A stretch of DNA of 64,000 nucleotides from Clostridia bacterium. Lineage in GTDB: Bacteria; Bacillota; Clostridia; Christensenellales; CAG-138. Within the stretch, counting starts at the first letter, position 1. Every line of letters begins with the position of its first letter. The position numbers and the translations under genes are program-made. This document shows, in pieces, positions 6,861 to 16,709 of the stretch. The stretch is taken from contig JAFYOP010000001.1 in the NCBI GenBank assembly GCA_017547885.1, positions 1,500 through 65,499 on the forward strand. The letters are read 5' to 3'. The notes below the pieces were generated by a model. The model was not told where the DNA came from, did no database searches, and saw only the letters and a list, made by a program, of their open reading frames with translations.

Positions 6861-8000
6861 CTCCTGTCCTGCGGCCCGCTTTTCCTCCAGCCGCTTATTT
6901 ACCCATTCCCGCGTCATGGTGTGGATGACCGCCATAATGGGCACGCACAGCAGCGCTCCAAGGAAGCCGAACAAGCCGCCGCCCAAAAGCAGCGCTATCA
7001 ATACCCACAGGGGAGAGATGCCCACGGCGTTGCCCACAACGTGGGGGTAAATAAGGTTGCCCTCGATGGGCTGAATGGTGCATATCAGCAGTATGAACCA
7101 CAGTGCGCTGGGGGGATCCACCACAAACAGTATCACCGCGCCTATGCCTGCGGATACCCATGCGCCTACGATGGGTATCATCTGGCCCAGGCCCACCAAT
7201 ACGCTTATCAGCAGAGCAAAGGGGAACTTGAATATGCTCATGCCGATGAAGCACATGCCTCCCAGTATAAAGCACTCGGTAAGCATGCCGTATACATAAT
7301 TGTGCAGTGAGGTGTTGGTTTCGTCGCCTACGTGTATTATGTAATCTGCGGTGCGCTCATTGAACACGGCCTTGCAGAACTTGCGGGATTGACGGATAAG
7401 TGTCTCCTTGCCGGCAAGGCAGTATATGCTGATGATGAAAGCGAAGGCAAGGTCAACCAATACTCCGGCAAGCCCCATGGTGAACTTTACCGCAGCAGAG
7501 CTTACTGTGGAGATGTATTGGTATATCTCTGTAAGGATATTGTTGCCCATCTCCATCAGCTTGGCTTCCACTTCTTGGTTGAAGTTGAGGCTTTCCCAAA
7601 CGTTGGTGGCCCATTCGGTAAGGCTGGTGGCGTACTGGGTGAAGTCTGCTGCAAGGGTCTTTATGCTTTCCACCAGCTGAGGACCCACCACCAGCACAAG
7701 CGTTATGATTATTGCAAACACAAACAGCATTGCAAGCACAAGGCAGGTGCCCCGCTTTGCGCCGCAGTCCTTCCAGCGGCGGAATACCTTTGTCTCCAGA
7801 AAGTGCATGGGCATGTTTGCGATAAAGGCTATGGCAATGCCTATGAAAACAGGAGTAACAATGCTGACAAAGCCGCCGAGGGCAGAGCGCACCGCTGTCA
7901 GGTTTTCAAGTATTTCGTAAAGTATTATGCCGAAGGCCACAATGAACAGGGAACGTCGGGTGGACTTCCACAGGCTCTCCATGTTTGGTCTATCCTTCAC
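6855..8000 (-). CDS. AI-2E family transporter (PerM-like permease)
   Basis: 381-aa polytopic ORF. The C-terminal region IQPIEGNLIYPHVVGNAVGISPLWVLIALLLGG is typical of the AI-2E/UPF0118 family. Confidence 0.85.
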   Translation of the reverse strand: MKDRPNMESLWKSTRRSLFIVAFGIILYEILENLTAVRSALGGFVSIVTPVFIGIAIAFIANMPMHFLETKVFRRWKDCGAKRGTCLVLAMLFVFAIIITLVLVVGPQLVESIKTLAADFTQYATSLTEWATNVWESLNFNQEVEAKLMEMGNNILTEIYQYISTVSSAAVKFTMGLAGVLVDLAFAFIISIYCLAGKETLIRQSRKFCKAVFNERTADYIIHVGDETNTSLHNYVYGMLTECFILGGMCFIGMSIFKFPFALLISVLVGLGQMIPIVGAWVSAGIGAVILFVVDPPSALWFILLICTIQPIEGNLIYPHVVGNAVGISPLWVLIALLLGGGLFGFLGALLCVPIMAVIHTMTREWVNKRLEEKRAAGQEI

Positions 8001-8649
8001 TTGCTTTCTCCTTTGCCCGCTGATCCTGCCGGTCGAATTTCTCCGCCAGCAGCTTTGCGGAGATGTATGCTGTAATGGCGTCTATCGCTCTGGGGTTCTT
8101 GCCGCCGCCCATCACGGCAAAGTCGGCCTCTTTTATGTATTTGCTTATGTATTCCTCATACATGGGCTTTACCGTGGCAAGGTACTGCTCGGTAATGTTT
8201 TCTATGGAGCGGCCCCGCTTCATCATGTCGCGGCGGACCCGCCTCAGAAGGCATACGTCCACATCCACATGCATGTATACCTTAAGACTCATAATGTCTG
8301 TGAGCCGCTTATCCCGAAACATATGTATGCCTTCGAGTATCAGCACATCCGTGGGATAAATAAGCTCGGGACTGTCTGCCCTTCTGTGGTTGGCGTAGTC
8401 ATAGCCCTTTGTTGTGATGGGCTTGCCCTCCATCAATAGCTTTATGTCCTCATAAAGCTCGTCAAAGTCAAACACATCGGGTTCGTCATAGTTTATATGT
8501 ACCCGCTCCTCAAAGGGAAGGTGGGCATGGTCGCGATAGTAGCAGTCCAGGCCTATTATGCGGGAGGAACAGCTCAAAGACTGGGATATGAGCCTTGCCA
8601 GTGTGCTTTTTCCGCTGCCGCTTCCGCCGCATACGCCTATAACTATCAT
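7990..8649 (-). CDS. udk: Uridine kinase
   Basis: 219-aa ORF. P-loop GVCGGSGSGKST and conserved YDEPDVFDFDEL, LILEGIH and RRVRRDMMKRGRS. Confidence 0.9.
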   Translation of the reverse strand: MIVIGVCGGSGSGKSTLARLISQSLSCSSRIIGLDCYYRDHAHLPFEERVHINYDEPDVFDFDELYEDIKLLMEGKPITTKGYDYANHRRADSPELIYPTDVLILEGIHMFRDKRLTDIMSLKVYMHVDVDVCLLRRVRRDMMKRGRSIENITEQYLATVKPMYEEYISKYIKEADFAVMGGGKNPRAIDAITAYISAKLLAEKFDRQDQRAKEKASEG

Positions 8650-8860
8650 ATGATATCCCCCAAGCTTTTTTTATATTATAACCGTACCCGTGGGAAATGA
8701 ATAGCGGTTTTTACCGAATTTGCTATATTTTCACAGCTCTTTTACGATGCAGAACAGCCATTGTATTCCTGTTTACCGATTGTTTTGTTTTCATGTATAA
8801 TATCTGTGGTATAATGATTTAGCAAAAATCGGCGGCATGCCGCAGACAATAGGAGAAAAC

Positions 8861-10534
8861 ATGAAACGCAGCCGGGGAATGTCCAGCATAACATCAATAT
8901 TAAGGAGCAGCCTGCGCCGTGGGGCAATGTCCCTTCGCCGCTTTAAAAAGCGGGGCGGGATAGGCGGCTTTTTGGGCAGGATTATGCTGAACCTAAGAAA
9001 GGGAAAGCGCAGCACCATAATGGGCTGTGCCGCCTTTGGCCTTGCCCTTGTGCTGTGCATATGCCTGCCCATGATAAAGGGCGGCAGGGAGCCTGAGCCC
9101 GAGATGACCTCTGTTTATGGAGCTTCAGCCGTCAGCGAGGACGGAGTGGTGGACCTTCAGGGAGAGTTTGCGGCGCTGCAGCAAAGCCTTGCGGCGGCAG
9201 AGCCTACTCCTTCACCTACTCCTGTGCCCATTCGCCTTGAGGAGGGCTATGACGGGGATGTGATATACGACATACAGGCGCGGCTCATGGACCTGAGCTA
9301 TATGGATAACGACGAGCCCACCTACCACTTCGGCCCCGCCACAGAGGAGGCCATAGAGCTGTTCCAGCGGCGGCATAACCTTACCATAGACGGCGTAATA
9401 ACCAACGCCGTGTACGATCTGCTGTTTTCCGATGAGGCCCTTAAGTACATGGTATGCGTGGGCATATCCGGCACAGACGTAAAGGAGCTGCAGGGCAGAC
9501 TGCGCGAACTTGGCTACATGGATAAGGCCACGGGCAATTTCGGCGAGGAGACAGAGGCGGCGGTGAAGGAATTCCAGAAAAACAACAAGCTGACCACCGA
9601 CGGCAAGGTGGGGGAGCAGACCCGCGAAATGCTCTACAGCGAGGATGCAATACCCAAGTCCCTTTCCTATGGTGAAAAGAGCGACGAGGTGCGCTCCTAT
9701 CAGAAGCGGCTGCAGCGCCTTGGCTACCTTACCACAGAGCCTGACGGCACCTTTGGCCGTGATACCGTAAACGCGGTTAAGATGTTCCAGCAGCAGAACG
9801 GCCTTATAGTTGACGGCCACATAGGCCCCATGACAAAGGAACTGCTCATGAGCGACCAGGCCCAGTCCAGCGTAATAGGCATAGGCGACAAAAACTCCAC
9901 CGTAACCAAGATACAGTCCCGCCTCAGGGAGCTTGGCTATCTTGACGCAAAGGCCACGGGCTACTTTGGCTCCTCCACAGAGGCGGCGGTGCTGGGCTTC
10001 CAGAAGGAAAACGGCCTGAGCCGTGACGGCAAGGTGGGCAAATCCACCATGCGTACCCTGTTCTCCTCCTCCGCCAAAAAGGCCCCCAGCAACTATGAGG
10101 CTCCTCAGGTGGATAACAGCAGCAGCTCTTCCGCTCCTTCAGGCGGCAGCAGCGGCGGCTCCTCCGGCGGCGGCAGCCTTGACAGGTTCATTGCAGCCGC
10201 AAAGAGCAAGCTGGGCTGCAGATACGTCCGCGGGGCAAAGGGCCCGGATAAGTTTGACTGCTCAGGCTTTGTATACTGGTGCCTCAAGCAGGCGGGCGTA
10301 AATCAGAAATACCTCACCAGCTCAGGCTGGAAGAGCGTATCCGGCTACACCAAGGTCAGTTCCATCGGCTCACTCCGCCGAGGCGATATAATCGTCTTCA
10401 AGGGTCACGTTGGCATTGCCATGGGAGACGGTACCATGATAGACGCTTCCAGCGGCAACGGCAAGGTAGTACACAGAAGCTGCACAGGCGACTGGTCATA
10501 CAGGAACTTTATCTGCGCATGGAGGATATTCTAA
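8861..10534 (+). CDS. Cell-wall hydrolase: signal anchor, four peptidoglycan-binding repeats, C-terminal NlpC/P60 domain
   Basis: Track ORF 8837..10534, start set at ATG 8861 after AGGAGAAAAC. Contains repeated PG_binding_1-like units (LQxRLxELGY..DGxFG..T..AV..FQ) and the C40 motif DCSGFVYW..GHVGI. Confidence 0.85.
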   Translation: MKRSRGMSSITSILRSSLRRGAMSLRRFKKRGGIGGFLGRIMLNLRKGKRSTIMGCAAFGLALVLCICLPMIKGGREPEPEMTSVYGASAVSEDGVVDLQGEFAALQQSLAAAEPTPSPTPVPIRLEEGYDGDVIYDIQARLMDLSYMDNDEPTYHFGPATEEAIELFQRRHNLTIDGVITNAVYDLLFSDEALKYMVCVGISGTDVKELQGRLRELGYMDKATGNFGEETEAAVKEFQKNNKLTTDGKVGEQTREMLYSEDAIPKSLSYGEKSDEVRSYQKRLQRLGYLTTEPDGTFGRDTVNAVKMFQQQNGLIVDGHIGPMTKELLMSDQAQSSVIGIGDKNSTVTKIQSRLRELGYLDAKATGYFGSSTEAAVLGFQKENGLSRDGKVGKSTMRTLFSSSAKKAPSNYEAPQVDNSSSSSAPSGGSSGGSSGGGSLDRFIAAAKSKLGCRYVRGAKGPDKFDCSGFVYWCLKQAGVNQKYLTSSGWKSVSGYTKVSSIGSLRRGDIIVFKGHVGIAMGDGTMIDASSGNGKVVHRSCTGDWSYRNFICAWRIF

Positions 10535-10879
10535 GGGCGTTGCCCTTTCGCGAAAAACCATTTGGGTTTTCCGCGAGTATCCGCTGGGTTGGGGGCGGCC
10601 AAATGCTGCGCAAGTGGCCGAATACAATCCCTTTGGGGGATGCCGATTCCCTCTCGCGGCTGCGGCCGCTCCCGGGCGGGAATCGGGCAGCGGTATCCAT
10701 CCCTTGCGGGATGGTTCCGTTTTCGCCGCACATGTCGCCGAAAACGGATTGAAAGCTTTGGGCATGCTGCCGAATGCGGATTGAAAGCCTCGAAGGTCTA
10801 ATATCCTTCCGATAGCACGCCCTGTTTTTCCGCAAGGAAAAACATACCTTAAAAGGGTGGCGGGCGGGAATAGATAAAT
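10535..10879. repeat. Composite repeat A2: family B-like hairpin series fused to a family A right end
   Basis: The B-like part has TTCCCTCTCGCGG..CTCCCGGGCGGGAA, CCATCCC-TTGC-GGGATGG and CCGTTTTCGCCG-CACATGT-CGCCGAAAACGG. It ends with CCGATAGCACG, TGTTTTTCC-GCAA-GGAAAAACA and TTAAAAGGGTGGCGGGCGGGAATAGATAA. No left arm is present. Confidence 0.75.
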
Positions 10880-10964
10880 ATACCCAAACCTAACTTGCCT
10901 CAGTTGACAAAATTGCACCTGCGATTATGCGGGAGCAAAAATAAAGAACGGAAGTACACACCGT

Positions 10965-11672
10965 ATGGAAACCACACAAAAGAAGATAAAGGGCTGGGGA
11001 GAGCTGGCCTTTGTGCTGGGCACGGTACTGCTGGCCATAGGCGTATCCCTTATGGAAAAGGGCGGCTTTGGCATGTCCATGGTCACCTCCATGTCCTACA
11101 TAATCTCCCTTGGCGTAGAGGCGCTGAGCTTTGGTACGGCGGACTATCTGCTGCAGGGGCTGCTGCTGGTGTTTTATTACATCATCGTGCGGCGCTTTCG
11201 TGCGGTGCATCTGCTGTCCTTCCTGTCGGCCTTTCTCTTTGGCGTTACGCTGGACGGCGTAATGTGGCTGCTCAGGGGGGTGGAGCTCACCTCTGTATGG
11301 GCAAGGATAGCCTTCTTCGGGGTGGGCATGGCAACCAATGCTCTGGGCGTTGCGGTGTTCTTTAAGACCTATCTTCCCCTGCAGGTGTACGAGCTTTTTG
11401 TGGAGGGGCTTTGCGAAAGGTTCAAGTTTCCCCTGTCGAGGGCAAAGACCGGCTTTGATATAGCCTGCTGCCTTACGGCGGCTGCTCTATCCCTGCTGTT
11501 TTTCGGGGAACTGAGGGCACTTGGCATAGGTACTGTGATGTGCGCGCTTTTTAACGGCACCCTTATCGGCATATATCATAAAATAATGGATAAATACATA
11601 GACTTTTCTCCTGCCTGCCCAAAGCTGCATGAAATTTTTGAGGGCTGGAAAAACACGGGGGCAAAGGCTTGA
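10965..11672 (+). CDS. Polytopic membrane protein, YczE/YitT-like (DUF6198-type)
   Basis: 235-aa ORF with about 6 TM segments. The family call rests on recollected similarity only. Confidence 0.55.
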   Translation: METTQKKIKGWGELAFVLGTVLLAIGVSLMEKGGFGMSMVTSMSYIISLGVEALSFGTADYLLQGLLLVFYYIIVRRFRAVHLLSFLSAFLFGVTLDGVMWLLRGVELTSVWARIAFFGVGMATNALGVAVFFKTYLPLQVYELFVEGLCERFKFPLSRAKTGFDIACCLTAAALSLLFFGELRALGIGTVMCALFNGTLIGIYHKIMDKYIDFSPACPKLHEIFEGWKNTGAKA

Positions 11673-11682
11673 TGCGCAAAAT

Positions 11683-11711
11683 AAAAAGGCACACATAATG
11701 TGTGCCTTTTT
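11683..11711. terminator. Bidirectional intrinsic terminator
   Basis: AAAAAGGCACACA-TAA-TGTGTGCCTTTTT lies between convergent genes. Confidence 0.8.
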
Positions 11712-11722
11712 GGTTTGTCGGT

Positions 11723-11923
11723 TTACTTGCTTTCCAGATAAGCGTTGATCATGTTGATGAGTACATCAGCATCGATGCCGTGAACGGCGCAGGCCTGCTC
11801 CAGGTTTTCGCCATGGGCCATTACGCAGCCCAGGCAGTGCATGCCGGCAGAGGTGAGTATCTCGGCAATGCCGATATCGGTCTGAAGGATCTGTTCGATG
11901 GTCATATCTTTGGTAACGGACAT
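11723..11923 (-). CDS. DUF1858 domain protein (hybrid-cluster-protein-associated redox disulfide type)
   Basis: Track ORF 11723..11968, start set at ATG 11923 after GGAGCAAATACA. Motif MHCLGCVMAHGENLEQAC. Confidence 0.75.
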   Translation of the reverse strand: MSVTKDMTIEQILQTDIGIAEILTSAGMHCLGCVMAHGENLEQACAVHGIDADVLINMINAYLESK

Positions 11924-12208
11924 TGTATTTGCTCCTTTTTCGGTGGTTTTTCGGTAATAGTATACCACTTTGGTGGGAATTTTAAATACTTTTTTGGTGA
12001 ATCAAAAACAATATTTAAAAAAACAATAATCCTGCAGTACGCAAACGCTGACAAAAGAGGAGATTTATCAGGAAAACAGCTGAAAAAATCATATCCGGAA
12101 CGGTATGCAGTTTTTTTGACAGTCTATATGTTTATGGTGTAAAATATAAATACACTATATAAATATAGAAGACCTACACAATACATTTTAAAGGATATAG
12201 CTTGAGAT

Positions 12209-14113
12209 ATGGAAAATAACCTGAGAGAGACCGACCTCTACCTGTGGGGAGAGGGTACTAATACACATGCATATCTTACCTTTGGCTGCCACAGGGTAAA
12301 GCACGATGGCTACGATATGTATCGCTTTGCAGTATGGGCTCCCAATGCGGAGGCTGTAAGTGTAGTAGGCGATTTTAACGGCTGGAATACTCAGGCTGAC
12401 CCCATGACTCCCTGCGGAGATACCGGTGTATGGCAGTGCTTTATCGGTATAGTGTCCCCCGGTACCATATACAAATACGCCATCCGTACAAAGGAAGGCG
12501 AAACCATCTACAAGGCAGACCCCTTTGCCTTCCGCAGCCAGCTCAGGCCCAACACCGCTTCAGAGGTATGGGACCTTGATGACGGCTACAAGTGGAAGGA
12601 TGCCGCCTACATGAAAAAGCTGGCCAATAAGGACCACCGCACCTCTCCCATGAGCATATACGAGGTGCACCTTGGCAGCTGGATGGAGGGGCTGGATTTC
12701 CCCGCCATGGCGGAGCGCCTTGTAAAGTATGTCTCCTCCATGGGCTATACCCATGTTGAGCTTATGCCGGTATCCGAATATCCTCTGGATGACAGCTGGG
12801 GCTATCAGGTAACTGGCTATTACGCTATCACCGCCCGCTACGGCACCCCCACCCAGTTCAAGCAGCTGGTGGACAGCTTCCACAAGGCAGGCATAGGCGT
12901 AATAGTGGACTGGGTGCCTGCCCACTTTACCCGTGACGCCCAGGGTCTGCGCCGCTTTGACGGCACCGCCCTTTACGAGCATCCGGATCCCCGCAGAGGC
13001 GAGCAGCCTCAGTGGGGCACCATGCTGTTCAATTATGAAAAGAACGAAGTGCGCAGCTTCCTTATATCCAACGCCGTGTTTCTCATGAAGGAATACCACA
13101 TAGACGGCATCCGCGTGGACGCTGTAAGCTGCATGCTTTACCTTGACTATGGCAAGGAGCCGGGCCAGTGGCTGCCCAATGAATACGGCGGACACGAAAA
13201 CCTTGGCGCCATAGACTTTTTCCGCAGGCTTTCCCAGGTCGTGCATACCGAGTTTCCCGGCCGCCTGCTCTTTGCGGAAGAAAGCACAGCCTTTGCGGGG
13301 ATCACCGCCGACCCCAAGTGGGGAGGCCTGGGCTTCGACTATAAATGGAACATGGGCTGGATGAACGATACACTGGACTATATGTCCCGTGACAGCGTAT
13401 ACCGCAAGTATCATCACGACCAGATAACCTTCTCCATGTGCTATGCCTTCTCGGAGCATTATCTGCTGCCCCTCTCTCACGATGAGGTGGTGCACGGCAA
13501 AAAGAGCCTGATAAACCGCATGCCCGGCGAGTATGTTGACCAGTTCCGTCAGCTGAGGCTGCTGTACATGTATCAGTACGCCCACCCCGGCAAAAAGCTC
13601 ACCTTCATGGGCAATGAATTCGGTCAGTTTATCGAATGGAACTTCCGTCAGTCCCTTGACTGGCTGCTGCTGGAGTACCCTGCCCATGCGGAAATGCAGG
13701 AATTCGTGGCCCAGCTGAATAAATTCTATACTGCCACCCCCGCTCTGTATCAGCAGGATGACGGCTGGGAGGGCTTCCAGTGGATGCAGGTGGATGATGC
13801 GCCTCACAGCGTATTGGCATTTGTCCGCCGGGATGCCAAGGGCAAGGAGCTGCTCTGCGTATTTAACTTTACTCCTGTGGAGCATTATCCCTACCGCATA
13901 CCCATGGCAAGGGAATGCACACTGGATCAGGCCATGTCCAACGTGGACCTGAGGGACATAAAGGGCATAACCACAGAAAAGGACGAAAAAGACAATTTCT
14001 ACGTGGACATTGAGCTGTCCCCCTACGAGGCGGTATTCTACTACCTCAGCGACTCTCCCAAACCCAAAGCTAAAAGCACAAGAAGCACCAAAACAACAAA
14101 AATCAAAGAATGA
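12209..14113 (+). CDS. glgB: 1,4-alpha-glucan branching enzyme
   Basis: 634-aa ORF. GH13 branching-enzyme motifs GYTHVELMPV, DWVPAHF, GIRVDAV, AEESTA and LPLSHDEVVHGK. Confidence 0.95.
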   Translation: MENNLRETDLYLWGEGTNTHAYLTFGCHRVKHDGYDMYRFAVWAPNAEAVSVVGDFNGWNTQADPMTPCGDTGVWQCFIGIVSPGTIYKYAIRTKEGETIYKADPFAFRSQLRPNTASEVWDLDDGYKWKDAAYMKKLANKDHRTSPMSIYEVHLGSWMEGLDFPAMAERLVKYVSSMGYTHVELMPVSEYPLDDSWGYQVTGYYAITARYGTPTQFKQLVDSFHKAGIGVIVDWVPAHFTRDAQGLRRFDGTALYEHPDPRRGEQPQWGTMLFNYEKNEVRSFLISNAVFLMKEYHIDGIRVDAVSCMLYLDYGKEPGQWLPNEYGGHENLGAIDFFRRLSQVVHTEFPGRLLFAEESTAFAGITADPKWGGLGFDYKWNMGWMNDTLDYMSRDSVYRKYHHDQITFSMCYAFSEHYLLPLSHDEVVHGKKSLINRMPGEYVDQFRQLRLLYMYQYAHPGKKLTFMGNEFGQFIEWNFRQSLDWLLLEYPAHAEMQEFVAQLNKFYTATPALYQQDDGWEGFQWMQVDDAPHSVLAFVRRDAKGKELLCVFNFTPVEHYPYRIPMARECTLDQAMSNVDLRDIKGITTEKDEKDNFYVDIELSPYEAVFYYLSDSPKPKAKSTRSTKTTKIKE

Positions 14114-14123
14114 TCCCACTGCT

Positions 14124-14151
14124 GCGGGGCAGGGACGCTCCCTGTCCCCGC
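14124..14151 (+). other. Strong GC hairpin between glgB and glgC with no U-tract
   Basis: GCGGGGCAGGGA-CGC-TCCCTGTCCCCGC, followed by ACAAATCAC. Confidence 0.5.
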
Positions 14152-14249
14152 ACAAATCACATATCCTATCGAGAACGATTTTCCGCGGCAAGCGGCAATA
14201 ATAAATACATATCGTCATAAAAGCCTTTTTATTGACAGGGAGGTAACTT

Positions 14250-15488
14250 ATGGTCAGAAAGAAAGTAGTAGCCATGCTGTTGGCGGGCGGTCAGGGCAGC
14301 CGTCTCAGCGTACTTACAAACCGCGTGGCAAAGCCCGCCGTACCCTTTGGCGGTAAGTACAGGATCATCGATTTTCCGCTGTCCAATTGCGTCAATTCGG
14401 ATATCGATACCGTTGGCGTGCTTACCCAGTATGAACCGCTGGAGCTGAACGCCTACATAGGCACCGGTCAGGCATGGGATCTGGACAGAAACAGCGGCGG
14501 CGTTTTCGTTCTGCCTCCTTATCAGTCCAGCCAGGCAGGCAGGTGGTATTCCGGTACAGCCGATGCCATCTATCAGAACATAGCCTTCATCGACAGATAT
14601 AATCCCGAGTATGTGCTCATACTCTCCGGCGACCATATCTACAAGATGGACTATGCCGCTATGCTGGATGCCCACATAGCCAAAAAGGCAGACCTTACCA
14701 TAGCAGTCCGCCCCGTCCCCATGGAGGAGGCACATCGCTTCGGCATCATGAACACCGATGCCGATGAGCGCATAATCGAATTCGAAGAAAAGCCCAAGCA
14801 GCCCAAGAGCAACAAGGCTTCCATGGGTATATACATCTTCTCCTGGCCGGTACTGAGAAAGTATCTGTGCCTGGACGAGGAAAATCCCGAATCCTCCAAT
14901 GACTTCGGCAAGAACGTTATCCCCGCCATACTCAACGACGGCCTTGGGGTATACGCCTATGCCTTTGACGCCTACTGGAAGGACGTCGGTACCGTACAGA
15001 GCCTGTGGGAGGCCAACATGGACCTTATTTCCGAGGATCCCGAGATACAGCTGGATGATCCCGCATGGCGCATATACAGCAAATCTCCCTGCATGCCTCC
15101 TCACTGCGTAGGCGTTGACGCTGTGATAGAGCGCAGCTCCATTACCGAGGGCTGCTACGTGGGCGGCACGGTAAAGCACAGCGTGCTGTTTGCCGGCGTT
15201 ACCGTAGAGGATGGGGCAGAGGTGCTGGATTCCGTGATCATGCCCGGCGCATCCATACTCAGCGGCGCAAAGGTACACAGGGCCATAATCGGAGAAAACT
15301 CCGTTGTTGGCAAGGATGCCTTCGTGGGCGCAGAGCGTCTGCCCGAGGACGGAGACTACGATACCTCCCTTACCGACGATATCACCCTTATCGCCAGCGG
15401 TACCGAGATAGCCGCAGGCAGCAGGGTACCTGTGGGTATGATAGTCAACACAGGGGTGTACGGCGCAATTGAGGACGAGGAGGAATAA
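14250..15488 (+). CDS. glgC: Glucose-1-phosphate adenylyltransferase
   Basis: 412-aa ORF after GGGAGG. Motifs [24 protein letters not shown] and WYSGTADA. Confidence 0.95.
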   Translation: MVRKKVVAMLLAGGQGSRLSVLTNRVAKPAVPFGGKYRIIDFPLSNCVNSDIDTVGVLTQYEPLELNAYIGTGQAWDLDRNSGGVFVLPPYQSSQAGRWYSGTADAIYQNIAFIDRYNPEYVLILSGDHIYKMDYAAMLDAHIAKKADLTIAVRPVPMEEAHRFGIMNTDADERIIEFEEKPKQPKSNKASMGIYIFSWPVLRKYLCLDEENPESSNDFGKNVIPAILNDGLGVYAYAFDAYWKDVGTVQSLWEANMDLISEDPEIQLDDPAWRIYSKSPCMPPHCVGVDAVIERSSITEGCYVGGTVKHSVLFAGVTVEDGAEVLDSVIMPGASILSGAKVHRAIIGENSVVGKDAFVGAERLPEDGDYDTSLTDDITLIASGTEIAAGSRVPVGMIVNTGVYGAIEDEEE

Positions 15489-15491
15489 GCC

Positions 15492-16616
15492 ATGAGAAAC
15501 GACGTATTCGGTCTTATCTATACCGGCGAATCCAGCATGCAGCTCAGAGACCTTACCTATTCCCGCTCCGTGGCCGCGGTGCCCTTTGCGGGCAGGTATC
15601 GCTGCATCGACTTTGTGCTGAGCAATCTGGTAAATACCGGCATATCCAACGTTGGCATAGTGGCCCAGAAGAACTATCACTCCCTGATGGATCATCTCGG
15701 CAGCGGCAAGGAATGGGAGCTCCACAGGAAGCATGACGGCCTGTTCATACTGCCTCCCTTTGTTACCCGCGACAATACCGGTATCTATCGCGGCACCATC
15801 GATGCCTATCATTCCGTAATGGGCTACATCCGCCGCAGCTCCCAGAAGTACATCATTCTGGTGGGCAGCCATACCATATACAGCACCACCTATGACGATA
15901 TGCTCAAAAAGCACATCGAGTCCGGCGCCGCCATAACCCTCATGTACAATGAGGTGGGCAAGCATCATCCCGATGACCAGTTCAACGAGCTGCGCTTTGC
16001 GCTGGAGGATGACGGACGCATAACCGACATACAGCTCAACCCCAACAACCCCGCCACCTGCTATTCCTTCTGCGATACCGCAATAATGGAAAAGACCACC
16101 TTTGAGCACCTGATAGAGGATGCATACTCCAGGGGTGAAACCGACTTTATCCGTGACGTACTCCTCAAGAAGGTAAACGAGATACCCATGTACGGCTGGC
16201 GCTATGACGGCTATGTTGGCTGCCTCAGCTCCCTCTCCAGCTACTTCAACCACAATATGAACGTGCTCAAGAGAGAGGTTCGCGACGACCTGTTCAACCC
16301 CGCCCATCCCATCTATACCAAAACAAAAGACGAGGTGCCCGCAAGGTACGTTGGGGATGCCAAGGTCAAGAATAGCCTTGTGGCAGACGGCTGCGTAATA
16401 GAGGGCGAAGTGGAAAACTGCGTGCTGTTCCGCGGCACCCACGTGGGCAAGGGTAGCAAGCTGAAGAACTGCGTAGTGCTGCAGGCCTGCCATATCGAGG
16501 AGGACTGCGAGCTGAACTACGCCATACTGGATAAGGGCTGTACCATCCGTTCCGGCAGAAAACTGGCAGGATACGACAGTTTCCCCATTATCATCCGCAA
16601 GGGAAGTGTGATATAA
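15492..16616 (+). CDS. glgD: Glucose-1-phosphate adenylyltransferase subunit GlgD
   Basis: 374-aa GlgC paralogue immediately downstream of glgC. It lacks the GGxGxRL motif and has VPFAGRYRCIDF, as in Firmicute GlgD. Confidence 0.9.
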   Translation: MRNDVFGLIYTGESSMQLRDLTYSRSVAAVPFAGRYRCIDFVLSNLVNTGISNVGIVAQKNYHSLMDHLGSGKEWELHRKHDGLFILPPFVTRDNTGIYRGTIDAYHSVMGYIRRSSQKYIILVGSHTIYSTTYDDMLKKHIESGAAITLMYNEVGKHHPDDQFNELRFALEDDGRITDIQLNPNNPATCYSFCDTAIMEKTTFEHLIEDAYSRGETDFIRDVLLKKVNEIPMYGWRYDGYVGCLSSLSSYFNHNMNVLKREVRDDLFNPAHPIYTKTKDEVPARYVGDAKVKNSLVADGCVIEGEVENCVLFRGTHVGKGSKLKNCVVLQACHIEEDCELNYAILDKGCTIRSGRKLAGYDSFPIIIRKGSVI

Positions 16617-16629
16617 TATGCATACTGAG

Positions 16630-16659
16630 GGGCGGGAGCAGGCCTCCCGCCCTTCTTTT
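16630..16659 (+). terminator. Intrinsic terminator after glgD
   Basis: GGGCGGGAG-CAGGC-CTCCCGCCC followed by TTCTTTT. Confidence 0.75.
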
Positions 16660-16709
16660 AATGAAATGGCGTATGTATATATGCCAAATATAACAAAGGA
16701 AACCGATAT

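Noticed and set aside
12560-16493. Very long antisense ORFs: 12560..14275 and 14229..16493, and similarly 22789..24570, 24681..26015, 46255..47364, 47310..48437, 51163..52458, 52436..53854, 57407..58474 and 60886..61725.
   Set aside because: Each lies opposite a gene with unmistakable conserved motifs (glgB/C/D, pgi, DUF1015, fhs, guaB, purL, purD, purF, uraA). Their translations are low-complexity Gly/Ala/Val/His-rich shadows typical of GC-rich coding DNA. No start context or family resemblance.
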